Origin: Eledone cirrhosa
Taxonomy: Eukaryota
Reading direction: 5' to 3'
DNA: 64,000 nucleotides
Assembly: GCA_964016885.1 (NCBI GenBank)
Contig: OZ024752.1
Coordinates: 40,982,001 to 41,046,000, forward strand
Part shown: one piece after another, positions 12,943-25,831 of the stretch
Layout of the letters: every line of letters starts with the position of its first letter
Numbering within the stretch: the stretch's first letter is position 1
Program-made: the position numbers and the translations under genes
The notes under the pieces: generated by a model
The model's input: only the letters and a program-made list of their open reading frames with translations
Database searches by the model: none
Told to the model about the DNA's origin: nothing

Positions 12943-13036
12943 TATATATAACAGTGAGTGTGTTCTCTTATTAATTCTGGCAATATTACGCAAATATGAC
13001 CCTCCCCAAATATAACAATATATATATATATATATA

Positions 13037-13310
13037 TAATAAATGAAGAATTAGAAATAGAAGCCAGGAAAATCCGTCATCAGTGGTCTACTAGCCATCA
13101 TAGGTATTTCTTCGCATTACAGACATTTGTGTTTGTTTACCTGTCTCTCTTTCTCCACCCAATTCTTTTTATCCCAATAACTTAATTTAGTTATTGTATT
13201 GCCCTAGTCGGAGGTATATGGTCTGTAATGCGAAGAAATACCTATGATGGCTAGTAGACCACTGATGAGGGATAGTCCTGGCTTCTATTTCTAATTCTTC
13301 ATTTATTATA
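13037..13310. mobile_element. inverted-repeat insert, family F
   Basis: About 88 bp arms (13037-13124 / 13221-13310) around a pyrimidine-rich spacer; (TA)n flanks; arms contain CTGATGA. Confidence 0.7.
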
Positions 13311-13345
13311 TATATATCATATATGCAACAACACAGCTCGCCATT

Positions 13346-13382
<37 letters not shown>

Positions 13383-13461
13383 CTACAGCCATTCGTTTTT
13401 AATCTCATCTCTGATCCGCCTTCTGGTACCACATATACCCACTTATACACACACACACGCG

Positions 13462-13577
<116 letters not shown>

Positions 13578-13925
13578 CACACTCACACACGCACACATGC
13601 ACTAATATTTCTTTTCTTCTCTACCATCCTCTCTCTACTTTGATGTACAGTATCTCCTCTTTCTCCTTGTAGAACCAGCAAAGAAAACTCCTCAAACTTC
13701 AAGAGTTGATAAGTAGAAAAATCTTTTTCATTTGTTCGTCTTTCTTGTCAGTTATAATCGGGAGTTCAGCCGACCTGGTCAGCCGGCTGAATTTATATCA
13801 CTGAATTTATATAACGTAAAAGTCCTTTGAAATCAAAGTATTGTGTTTGAGCGCCATTTTAAATTATTTTTCTCTTCTCCGCCTGTGCTGTTCAGTCCAG
13901 TCCACCCCATCTCTCTGTCTCCCCC

Positions 13926-13967
<42 letters not shown>

Positions 13968-13974
13968 CTCTCCC

Positions 13975-14056
<82 letters not shown>

Positions 14057-14245
14057 CTCATCCTCTCTCTCTCTCTCTCCCTCTCTCTCTTATATATACA
14101 TTATACTTATATATACAATATATATATGTATATATATATATGTATGTATATATTTATGTATATATATATATATATATGTATGCATGTATGTATATATATT
14201 TATCTCTCATTCTTTCTCATTCCCTTGTGGTCTATAAATACATAC

Positions 14246-14365
<120 letters not shown>

Positions 14366-14605
14366 AGGTTTGTTTGTAGGTGTATGTGTATGTGAAGGCG
14401 TGTGTTTCATCTCTGCCAAAACGGTCATTGAATTGTTTGATTGATCGATTCAAGAACAACGCACAATTTCTTCTACTCCGTCACATTCAATACACACACC
14501 CTCCCCCCTCCGCCCTCTCCCTCTCTCTTTGTCTCTCTCTCTCTGTCTCTCTCACTCTCTCTCTTGCTCTCTTTTTCTTTCTTTCTTTCTCTTTCTCTCC
14601 ACACA

Positions 14606-14712
<107 letters not shown>

Positions 14713-14987
14713 TATATATATAAGAGTCATGGCCCGACGGCTGAGCTCCGGCCGTTTCAAAACGTCAATTTTCAAATGTCAATACTTCTGGTTATGATAT
14801 AATGGACACTATATTATAACGCTTATATAAACGTACATATATTAGCATCTTGCCTTTCATCCTTACGATGTCGATAAAATAACGTACCAGTAATGTACTG
14901 GGTAATTGCTTGCCTTGTGCCTAAAGTAGAAACAGTTATATCATAACGTTTATTTTGCGTATAATATCGCTATGCACACTACACATG

Positions 14988-15026
14988 CTACCAGAAAAAC
15001 CACCGAAAGGGTGGTTTTTCTGCTAG
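14988..15026 (+). other. hairpin ending in CTAG|T, possible Helitron 3' end
   Basis: CAGAAAAACCACC gaaag GGTGGTTTTTCTG-CTAG-T. Confidence 0.35.
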
Positions 15027-15176
15027 TATATATATAAAGATTCAACTATACCTTCAAGAAAAGAAGTTAGCAAACGTAGATAAAGCAAGGAACAGGAAGA
15101 CGTGCTGGATACTAACATTACAAAAGATGGAGTATGATATGACAAAGGACCTTAGGAAAAAGAAATAATGCAATAG

Positions 15177-16083
15177 TTGTGTCTACTTTTGACTCAAGGC
15201 CAGCAATTACCCAGTGTATTACTGGTACTTTATTTTATCGACCCCGTAAGGATGAAAGGCAAAGTTAACCTCGGCGGGATTTGAACTCACAATGGCAAGG
15301 GCCGTAACTCTATGCGTCAAAGCATGGCGTCCGACCCTCTACCGATACTGCCAATTCACCACTAATAATAATAATGATAATTGTTTCTACTTTTTGGCAC
15401 AAGGCCAGCAATTATCCCAGTGCATTACTGGTACTTTATTTTTATCGACCCCGTAAGGATGAAAGGCAAAGTCAACCTCAATGATAATTCTTTCTACTTT
15501 TTGGCACAAGGCCAGCAATTATCCCAGTGCATTACTGGTACTTTATTTTATCGACCCCATAAGGATGAAAGGCAAAGTTAACCTCGGCGGGATTTGAACT
15601 CAGAATGGCAAGGGCCGTAACTCTATGTGTCAAAGCATGGCGTCCGACCCTCTACCGATACTGCCAATCCACCGCCCTTACTGCCAATGTAATAATTTAA
15701 TACAGAAAAATAGAATAGAGAAAGGTAGAGGCATGTTTAGAACGTGGGTGGAAAAGTGTGGAAGAGAGAGAGGGGGTGGGCGAGAGGGAAATTGGATCAA
15801 AAATCGTAAAACCAAGAATAAATTATAACAATGTAAGAGAAAACTAGACAGAAAGAAGAACAGAGATGTGGAGAAATAAGGAATTTAATAAATAATTGTT
15901 TCTACTTTTGGCACAAGGCCAGCAATTACCCCAGTGCATTACTGGTACTTTATTATATTAACCCCATAAGGATGAAAGGCAAAGTTAACCTCGGCGGGAT
16001 TTGAACTCAGAATGGCAAGGGCCGTAACTCTATACGTCAAAGCATGGCGTCCGACCCTCTACCGATACTGCCAATCCACCGCC
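15177..16083 (-). mobile_element. cluster of four SINE-1 copies
   Basis: Same consensus as 600-1431; copies at about 15177-15361, 15381-15480 (partial), 15490-15676, 15895-16083. Confidence 0.9.
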
Positions 16084-16467
16084 CAGGAATTTAATAAATA
16101 ATAATAAAAAAAAAGAAAGAAAACGCTTGAGAATTGTAGATGAAAATGTAGAAGGGTAGAGTCTAAATGAGAGAAAAGAAAATTAAAAATAAATGTTTGA
16201 AAAGCAAGAAATTGAGGGGAAGAAAGATCAAGATATTGGGAGAGTGATGGGGTGATGCAAAGGCAGAAATAGAATAGAATAGAAAATTGACAGAGTGATA
16301 AAGGGGAAGAAGCAGTCAAGGTCAGACTTTAAATAACTGAAATGGGAGAAGCAGACGACAAAGCTGATATAGTTATCAATCGAGAAAGATGGACGACCGC
16401 GACCAATAATTTAGGGAATGTTTGCAAAATTGACTGATGAAGTTAACGGGATAAACTGTAATGGGAC

Positions 16468-16490
16468 AGATAGATAGATAGATAGAGAGG

Positions 16491-16549
<59 letters not shown>

Positions 16550-16678
16550 TTAGATAGATAGATAGAGAGGGAGGGGAAGACAGAGAGAGGAAGAAGAAAG
16601 AAAGAGAGAGTGAGAAAAAAAGAGAGATAGAAAGAAAGAAAGTAAGAGAGCAAGTGAGAGAGAAAGAAAGTAAGAAAG

Positions 16679-16728
<50 letters not shown>

Positions 16729-16864
16729 TGAGAGAGAGAGAGAGAGAAAGAAAGAAAGAGAAAGAGAGCAAGAAAGAAAGAGCGAGAGAGATAAAGAAAG
16801 AAAGAGAGAAATAAAGAGAAAGAGAGAAAGGAAGAAAGAGCGAGAGAAAGAAAGGGAGAGAGCA

Positions 16865-16935
<71 letters not shown>

Positions 16936-17228
16936 AAGAAAGAGAGAAAGAAAGTGAGAGAGAGAGAAAGAAAGAAAGAGAAAGAGAGCAAGAAAGAAAG
17001 AAAGAAAGAGCGAGAGAGAGAAAGAAAGAAAGAGAGAAATAAAGAGAAAGAGAGAAAGGAAGAAAGAGCGAGAGAAAGAAAGAAAGTGAGAGAGCAAGTG
17101 AGAGAGAGGTAGAGAGAAAGAAAGAAAGAGAGAAAGAAAGTGAGAGAGAGAGAAAGAAAGAAAGAGAAAGAGAGCAAGAAAGAAAGAAAGAGAGAGAGAA
17201 AGCGAGAGAGAGAGAGAGAGAAAGAGAG
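16468..17228. repeat. (GATA)n, (GAAA)n and (GA)n purine tract with internal duplications
   Basis: Direct reading. Confidence 0.95.
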
Positions 17229-17644
17229 ACTATGGCTATAATAACGGTCAAAATTTATGACTATATGTAATGAGAAGACATGAGAATTTAACTGATAACA
17301 GAGGGCAGCACCAGTTAATTAAAGAGACATGATAAACGTTATATGTGTAAGTCATAATTAAACATTGACAATGGTCTTTAGACATAAACGAGATATACAT
17401 ACATGTTTATATATATATATATATATACATACATATGTATGTATATACAGGCATACATACATATAGAGTATACATATATACATATATACATACATGATGG
17501 CTGCCTCCTCGTTATCGAGTATGGACATTGCACAATATAACATTATTAATAATTATTAACTAACATACATACAAACATACATATATATATATATATATCT
17601 ATATGCATACATACATACATACATACATACATACATACATACAT

Positions 17645-18245
17645 GGTGGCTGCCAACTTGTTTTCGAGTACGGCCACTACTTTATATCCATGTAGGAGAA
17701 CCCCTACCGATGCGCTGAACAAGTGTGACTTTTTAGTCCAGCCAGCGACTTGAAAACTCTGGTACAAACACTACACTTGTGACAATTATTGACACATAGT
17801 GCTGGGCCCATGGTATCATTTGACGACAAGTGCAGAGAGATCTCCAGATATAAAGCAATGCCTGTGCCGTGAAGCTTTTATAGTGAGCAAAGGCACTGCA
17901 CAAAGCCAGTCCCACTCTCTTAACCAAGATGATATTTACCAAAAAGAAGAACAAGTCAACATCATTGGATACCATCAGGGTTGCAGGTGTTATATCAGAG
18001 TTTTCCTTCTCCTAGAATTCTGCCTTGACAAAGGCTAAGGGGTCATCTCTCCCGGTGATTTTGGATGGCCATTGACTCTTAAGAGCTCCTTTGCCTTTTG
18101 AGAGGTTTTGTTTTTAGTCCTGCAGGATGTCCAAAGTCACCCTCCTCACCAAGAAACCTTGGTGGGGTTGCCAGTTTAGTCGCCAATGACCCGACCATGG
18201 GACAGGTTGTACTGGAATACATGTTACCAGTAGCACCAACTGGTG
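17645..18245 (-). mobile_element. non-autonomous LINE-derived element (probably RTE-related) with (ATGT)n tail
   Basis: Highly similar copies at 57241-57508 and 58535-58944 share one fixed end with a stem-loop (GGTGGCTG..ACTCG tttt CGAGT..CGGCCACT) and are variably truncated at the other end; (CATA)n on both flanks; no real ORF. Confidence 0.65.
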
Positions 18246-18417
18246 CATACATACATACATACATACATACATACATACATACATACAAATATACATACAT
18301 ACATATATGCATATATATATGCATACATACATATGCACATACAGACATGCATACATACATATATATATATATATGCATGTATATATATACATATATGCAT
18401 ATATACATACATACATG

Positions 18418-18504
<87 letters not shown>

Positions 18505-18506
18505 GC

Positions 18507-18538
<32 letters not shown>

Positions 18539-18540
18539 GC

Positions 18541-18683
<143 letters not shown>

Positions 18684-18751
18684 CAAGGTTTAGCAAATAG
18701 AGAAAAAGTTTTAAAATAAATTTTAAAAAGTTTACTGTACCTACTACATTT

Positions 18752-18834
18752 ACCCTTATCGCGCGGTTTCAAGTCCCAAATAGATAGATAATCCATGCGT
18801 ACCGCCATTGAGAAGGAGACTGTCGTCAGAGGGT
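18752..18834 (-). ncRNA. type I hammerhead motif within a (TA)n-flanked insert (18682-18915)
   Basis: Minus strand ACCCT-CTGACGA-C AGTCTC..GGGACT T-GAA ACCGCGCGAT-A-AGGGT; helix III is one substitution from the perfect palindrome ATCGCGCGAT. Confidence 0.7.
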
Positions 18835-18910
18835 TCTTCTCACTCGGAGAATATAAAATTCCCGAGTTCAAATTACGAACTGTATGCATTTTTTGCACGT
18901 AGGAAAACAT

Positions 18911-19034
<124 letters not shown>

Positions 19035-19046
19035 TTCATACATACA

Positions 19047-19330
19047 TGTGGTGGTGGTGGTGGTGGTGGTGGTGGTGGTGGTGGTGGTGGTGGTGGTGGT
19101 GGTGGTGGTGGGGGAGGTGGTGGTGGTCGTGGTCGTGGTCGTGTTGGTGGGGGAGGTGGTGGTGGTGGTGAGGGAGGTGGTGGGGGAGGTGGTGGTCGTG
19201 GTGGTCGTGGTGGAGGTTGTAGGTGCAGGTGGTGGAGGTGGTGGTAGAGGTGGTGGGGGAGATGTTAGAGGTGGTGGTGGAGGTGGTGGTGGAGATGCAG
19301 ATGAAGATCATGATGATAATGGTGATAACG

Positions 19331-19369
<39 letters not shown>

Positions 19370-19775
19370 TTCATTATGACAACGACGACGACGACGACGA
19401 CAACAAAACCGATGATGACGACGACGACGACGATGAAGACGATGACGATGACGATGACGAAACCGATGACGAATGACGGTCACAAAACCGACGATGACGA
19501 CGAGAGAACCCGATGAATACGACGACAAAACCGATGATGACGACGATGACGATGACGACGACAAACCGATGACGATGACAAATCCGACGATGACGACGAT
19601 GACGTCGACGACAACAAAACCGAAAACGATGGCGACGCTAAAACCCGATGATGCTGATGGCAACGACGACGACAAAACCGACGACGACGGCGACGACGAC
19701 GGCGAAGGTAGAACCCGATGATGCTAATGGCAACGACGACGACGAATGTAGAACCCGATGATGCTAATGGCAATG
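19047..19775. repeat. compound (GGT)n, (CAT)n and (GAC/GAT)n trinucleotide repeats
   Basis: Direct reading. Confidence 0.93.
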
Positions 19776-20332
19776 TTAGAGAATGAAATCTTGTAGAAAA
19801 GGCGCAAATAATCTGCCAAATGTGTTAGTAGAAGCTAATGACTGAGACAGACGGGAATCAATAAAGAACAAGGGAAGACAAACAGCCCTTTCCTTTCCCC
19901 CTATAGGCATGTCTTAGACCCTTTATTGTGAAGTAGCACATGGGAAAGTGACATATTTTTTGGCTGCCCAATTAGAATTCTATTCTATTAAGTCCTGATG
20001 ACGAAACAGTCGTTAAAGAAGAGAGTAACCGTAGCGATTGGGTTAGATGTATCACTAACATGTATTTTACAATCTTTCTATATATATTTCTGCCTTTTTT
20101 ATTACTTCCAGGTTTATTGGCAGAATCAGTAGAGCGTCCGACACCCTGCTTCGCAGCATAGAGCGTCCGACATCCTGCTTCGCAGCATAGAGCGTCCGAC
20201 ACCCTGCTTCGCAGCATAGAGATCAATATATATATATATTTAATTATATATATATATATATATATAACCATCAATGATATTAAATAAATGGACACTATAT
20301 TATAAAACCATATTTATTCTATTATATATATT

Positions 20333-20560
20333 TCCCGCCGAGGTTGACTTTGCCTTTCATCCTTACGGGGTCGATAAAATAAAGTACCAGTAATGCACTG
20401 GGTAATTGCTGGCCTTGTGACTAAAGTAGAAACAATTATTTGTTTCTACTTTAGGCACAAGGCCAGCAATTACCCAGTGCATTACTGGTGCTTTATTTTA
20501 TCGACCCCGTAAGGATGAAAGGCAAAGTCAACCTCGGCGGGATTTCAACTCAGATCGTAA
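20333..20560. mobile_element. tail-to-tail inverted pair of SINE-1 fragments
   Basis: 20333-20435 (+) and 20440-20560 (-) separated by a few nucleotides. Confidence 0.9.
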
Positions 20561-20936
20561 AGCAGAAACAATTATTTTATTGTAAACATATGACTTTACA
20601 TGCCTTAATACGTAGTATAATGTCACTAATTCCTCACCGCATGTTTTTTCTATAACTTTATACACTGCCATATATTTTTGCATACCCATTGTATCAAGTC
20701 TATTGTAAATAGATATGGTCAATCGAAGTAAAAGGAATTTATTATTCAAAACCAAATCTTAACACAGAATCGCATTTTCATCTAAATGAACACCTGTTTT
20801 AAAAAAGTCGTTATAACGACAGATACATGTGAATATAACATATTTGTTTCCATTCTCTCTATACATATTAATCGACAGACTGGTTGCACAAAGATTAAAT
20901 GTATTAAGTGCATCCCAAGGTTATCATATATATATG

Positions 20937-21155
20937 AGGAACGATCGACTTTCGTCAAATCGGACCGAGGGAACAATGTTTCCGTTGGTTTTTCCAATTG
21001 CTAATACTATCTATCGGTCGCAACTCCAGGTAGAAGGAGCAACGTGAAATAAAGTGTCTTGCTCAAGGACATAACGCATCGCCTGGCCCAGGAATCGAAC
21101 TCACAACCTTACGATTGCGAAGTGAAGGCGTGTGGCTGAGTGGTTAGAGAATTGG
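20937..21155 (-). mobile_element. tRNA/CORE-type SINE-2 with inverted 5' head
   Basis: Minus strand GAGTTCGATTCC (B box) followed by TGTCCTTGAGCAAGACACTTTA (CORE-like); the A-box head GGCGTGTGGCTGAGTGGTTAGAG is on the plus strand at 21127-21150. Confidence 0.7.
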
Positions 21156-21202
21156 ATATATATATATATATATATAATTGCTTTTCACTGCTCCAAATAA
21201 TA

Positions 21203-21390
21203 GTTTCTACTTTTGGCCACAAGGCCAGAAATTATCCCAGTGTATTACTGGTACTTTATTTTATCGAACCCCGTAAGGATGAAAGGCGAAGTTAACCTCG
21301 GCGGGATTTGAACTCAGATCATAAAGGGCCGTAACTCTTTGCTGCAAAGCATGGCGTCAGACCCTCTACCGATACTGCTAATCCACCGCC
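21203..21390 (-). mobile_element. SINE-1 copy
   Basis: Full consensus match. Confidence 0.9.
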
Positions 21391-21548
21391 CTTCACTTTC
21401 ACTGCTCCAAATAATGACGTATTATATTCGTTTTTCCCCGTTCTTTTCCAGGGAACGTTTCCACGAACCAAAGTATCGTCTTCCTGTCTTCCTCTGGTTG
21501 CAACGTTTTTTGAAATATTCACTTCTGCGTTCACAGATTGACTTTGTT

Positions 21549-21599
21549 AGTTTCAGAAGATCCCGTTAAGGGTGAAAGCAGCGATTCTTTGCTTAAACC
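21549..21599 (+). ncRNA. variant hammerhead motif (CAGAAGA core) in family E element 21535-21712
   Basis: GTTT-CAGAAGA-T CCC gttaa GGG T-GAAAGCA gcgattctt TGCT-T-AAAC; same core on the minus strand at 35041-35091. Confidence 0.5.
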
Positions 21600-21739
21600 T
21601 TAATCTGTTATTTTAATAAATATTTGCTCTACGGTTCTTATATATCTGATATATATTTATCCCCATCAAGCCCTCTTTGGATTTTAGTCTTCAAATTTAT
21701 TATTATTTCTATATATATACATATATATATATATATTCT

Positions 21740-22068
21740 ATTTTTTCCTCGGTTACTCACTTGCATGTTCCATTGTCCTATGTCCCCCCCCCCCACCATT
21801 TGGTCTGTTTACCTGTTTTTTTCTCTTTCTTTCTCTCTCCTCACTACTTTTCCCCTTTTTTTCTTCTTTTTCCTTTATTTCCCTCCTGGCCTTTTGATGG
21901 ATAAAAGGCCTTGGGCGCGCCGCTGATAGCTTTTAGATGTCCTGTATTAAGCGCCGAAACATCTTGATGTCAGTTTTACAGCTGATGAAGGATTTCTTTT
22001 CTTCTCTGGTTTCGTCCATACTACCACCTTAAACTTTGTTTACAGTAACCACACAGCTCCTTTCGTTT

Positions 22069-22070
<2 letters not shown>
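21740..22070 (+). mobile_element. (TA)n-flanked insert, family K
   Basis: Contains CCGAAACATCTTGATGTC and a downstream CTGATGA; shares CATTTG..TGTTTACCTGT with the family F spacer. Confidence 0.45.
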
Positions 22071-22129
<59 letters not shown>

Positions 22130-22279
22130 ATAGAGGTGTAACACATGAGTTGTGATATATTGGTAAAAGGAAAAGAAAACTGAATACTAACCAATACTTA
22201 TTACTAATTTTTATTTATTCCTAATTAAACTATTTTTCACTGGGAACAATTTGTCAGCATTTTCTTTTCCTTTTACCAA

Positions 22280-22370
<91 letters not shown>

Positions 22371-22678
22371 TATGGAATACTGTTAGCTTCTCGCTACAAC
22401 AATTTCTATACCTTTCATTTATATATATATATATATACATATGTATATATGTATGTAAAAGGTAAACAGAAATAGCAAAATAATCGGTACAGTATAAGGA
22501 AGGGGTATATTAGGTTAACACTCGAAATAGCAGGAAGAGGGTCTTAATGTTTTGGACTCTAGTCCTTCACCAGAAGGAAGAATGAGAAATTAGAAAGATT
22601 GAAGGGACGGGCAGGGCGAAATCGAAAAAAAAGTGTATTTAGAGAAAAATAATAGGTCCATTCATGTTGCCATACATT

Positions 22679-22802
<124 letters not shown>

Positions 22803-22866
22803 GGTGAGGTTTTTTACGAAATGAAAAAAAAAACGAGGTGTCCTACACGAGTGAAAATATAAGGAA

Positions 22867-22947
<81 letters not shown>

Positions 22948-22972
22948 AAGAGAAAGAGAGAGAGATAGAGAT

Positions 22973-23011
<39 letters not shown>

Positions 23012-23335
23012 GAGACAGATAGATAGATAGATTTATTTTAAGAAATACTTGTCTATATTTATCTATTCTACTTTGTGATACCTTAGATGTTATCTCCTCT
23101 CAGAGATTGATACAAATGTCTCGCATATAAACATGCTGCAACTTATTGTTTCATAAATAAGATCATAAGATTACTTATGTATGTAATCTGCATTTAATTA
23201 CTTCAGTTTGCTGTAGTTGTATACAGTTGCAATAGTCTGAAAGCCAGGGGGGAATGTTTAAGTTTTCGCGCCTCATAAATCAAAATTTCAACGCTAGAAT
23301 CGATGTGGCCAAAGTAAAATTACATTTCTTTTGGG

Positions 23336-23435
<100 letters not shown>

Positions 23436-23777
23436 TCAAACTCCTGGAAATTAAAACAAGAAAGTAATTGTCTTGAACGACCGAATGGAGAGTGAGAAAT
23501 CCATTTTGATGACCCCCACCCCTCCACCCCGATTCCTACTTATCGATTTTGTTGACATTCTCATGCACCTTAGCAAGTATTTTAATTGGGTTTTCCAAAC
23601 CTCTTTACTATTGCTACTGAAATTAATTAGATCGTATTTACTCGCTTTCACGTCTTTGATTTTATTTGATTTTATTCCTGGGAAATTAATCGGACAAAAC
23701 CGACGATGATTAAACAGAAGTGATATGTTTGAACTATATAAAGTTTATTCTTATTTTAAGTAAAAAAAATTAGAAAA

Positions 23778-25592
23778 ATAATATAAGCCAAATAATATAA
23801 GCTTAATAATTCTTTCTATTTTTGGCACAAGGCCAGCAATTATCCCAGTGCATTACTGGTTCTTTATTTTATCGACCCCGTAAGGATGAAAGGCACAGTT
23901 AACCTCGGCAGCATTTGAACTAAGAACGTAAAGGGACGTAATTCTATGCTCCAAAGCATGGCGTCTGACCCTCTACTGATACTGCCAATCCACCGCCAAA
24001 TGATATAAGCCTAATAATATAAGACAAATAATATAAGCCAAATAATATAAGCCAAATAATATAAGCCAAATAATATATGCCAAATAATATAAGCCAAATA
24101 ATATATGCCAAATAATATAAGCCAAATAATATATGCCAAATAATATAAGCCAAATAATATATGCCAAATAATATAAGCCAAATAATATATGCCAAATAAT
24201 ATAAGCCAAATAATATATGCCAAATAATATAAGCCAAATAATATATGCCAAATAATATAAGCCAAATAATATAAGCCAAATAATATAAGCCAAATAATAT
24301 AAGCCAAATAATATAAGCCAAATAATATAAGCCAAATAATATATGCCAAATAATATATGCCAAATAATATATGCCAAATAATATAAGCCAAATAATATAA
24401 GCCAAATAATATATGCCAAATATTATAAGCCAAATAATATAAGCCAAATAATATAAGCCAAATAATATAAGCCAAATAATATAAGCCAAATAATATAAGC
24501 CAAATAATGTAAGCCAAATAATATAAGCCAAATAATATATGCCAAATAATATAAGCCAAATAATTGTTTCTACTTTAGGCACAATGCCAGCAATTACCCA
24601 GTGCATTACTGGTACTTTATTTTATCGACCCCGTAAGGATGAAAGGCAAAGTCAACCTCGGCGGGATTTGAACTCGCCGAGGTTGACTTTGCCTTTCATC
24701 CATATAAGCCAAATAATATAAGCCAAATAATATAAGCCAAATAATATAAGCCAAATAATATAAGCCAAATAATATAAGCCAAATAATATAAGCCAAATAA
24801 TATAAGCCAAATAATATAAGCCAAATAATATAAGCCAAATAATATAAGCCAAATAATATAAGCCAAATAATATAAGCCAAATAATATATGCCAAATAATA
24901 TAAGCCAAATAATATAAACCAAATAATATAAGCCAAATAATATAAGCCAAATAATATAAGCCAAATAATATAAGCCAAATAATATAAACCAAATAATATA
25001 AGCCAAATAATATAAACCAAATAATATAAGCCAAATAATATAAGCCAAATAATATAAGCCAAATAATATAAGCCAAATAATATAAGCCAAATAATATAAG
25101 CCAAATAATATAAGCCAAATAATATAAGCCAAATAATATAAGCCAAATAATATAAGCCAAATAATATAAACCAAATAATATAAGCCAAATAATATAAGCC
25201 AAATAATATAAGCCAAATAATATAAGCCAAATAATATAAGCCAAATAATATAAGCCAAATAATATAAGCCAAATAATATATGCCAAATAATATAAGCCAA
25301 ATAATATAAGCCAAATAATATAAACCAAATAATATAAGCCAAATAATATAAGCCAAATAATATAAGCCAAATAATATAAACCAAATAATATAAGCCAAAT
25401 AATATAAGCCAAATAATATATGCCAAATAATATAAGCCAAATAATATAAGCCAAATAATATAAGCCAAATAATATAAGCCAAATAATGTAAGCCAAATAA
25501 TATAAGCCAAATAATATAAGCCAAATAATATAAGCCAAATAATATAAGCCAAATAATATAAGCCAAATAAAAGCCAAATAATATAAGCCAAA
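23778..25592. repeat. 14-bp satellite (AATAATATAAGCCA)n interrupted by SINE-1 copies
   Basis: More than 100 units; SINE-1 at 23812-23996 and a self-folding SINE fragment at 24564-24701. Confidence 0.97.
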
Positions 25593-25597
25593 TTTGA

Positions 25598-25775
25598 AGC
25601 AAGAAAAGAGGCATGCGTACAGTTTAATACCTTTGTCTATCTAACCAAGCATTCACATGTCTCGTCTGCAACTTGTGCTGCACATCAAGAATGGGGCTGT
25701 ACAGATACAAACAAATCCATAATTGGGGAGAAGATGTGCATCATGGAAATCGATGGACAACAACTAATAAACAAG
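25598..25775 (+). mobile_element. 3' end fragment of an RTE-clade LINE
   Basis: Translates FTCLVCNLCCTSRMGLYRYKQIH, matching the RTE C-terminal CxxCxxxCxSRIGLxxHxxxH motif, followed by a CATC..GATG stem and an ACA-rich tail. Confidence 0.65.
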
Positions 25776-25831
25776 AAGGTATATACTAGATTTTCTAATG
25801 TGTAGAGTAGGGGTACATTCGTGGGAAATTT

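Noticed and set aside
23944-25614. Long hydrophobic LYYLAYIIWLILFG ORFs
   Set aside because: Three-unit periodicity of the 14-bp satellite; open in all three minus-strand frames
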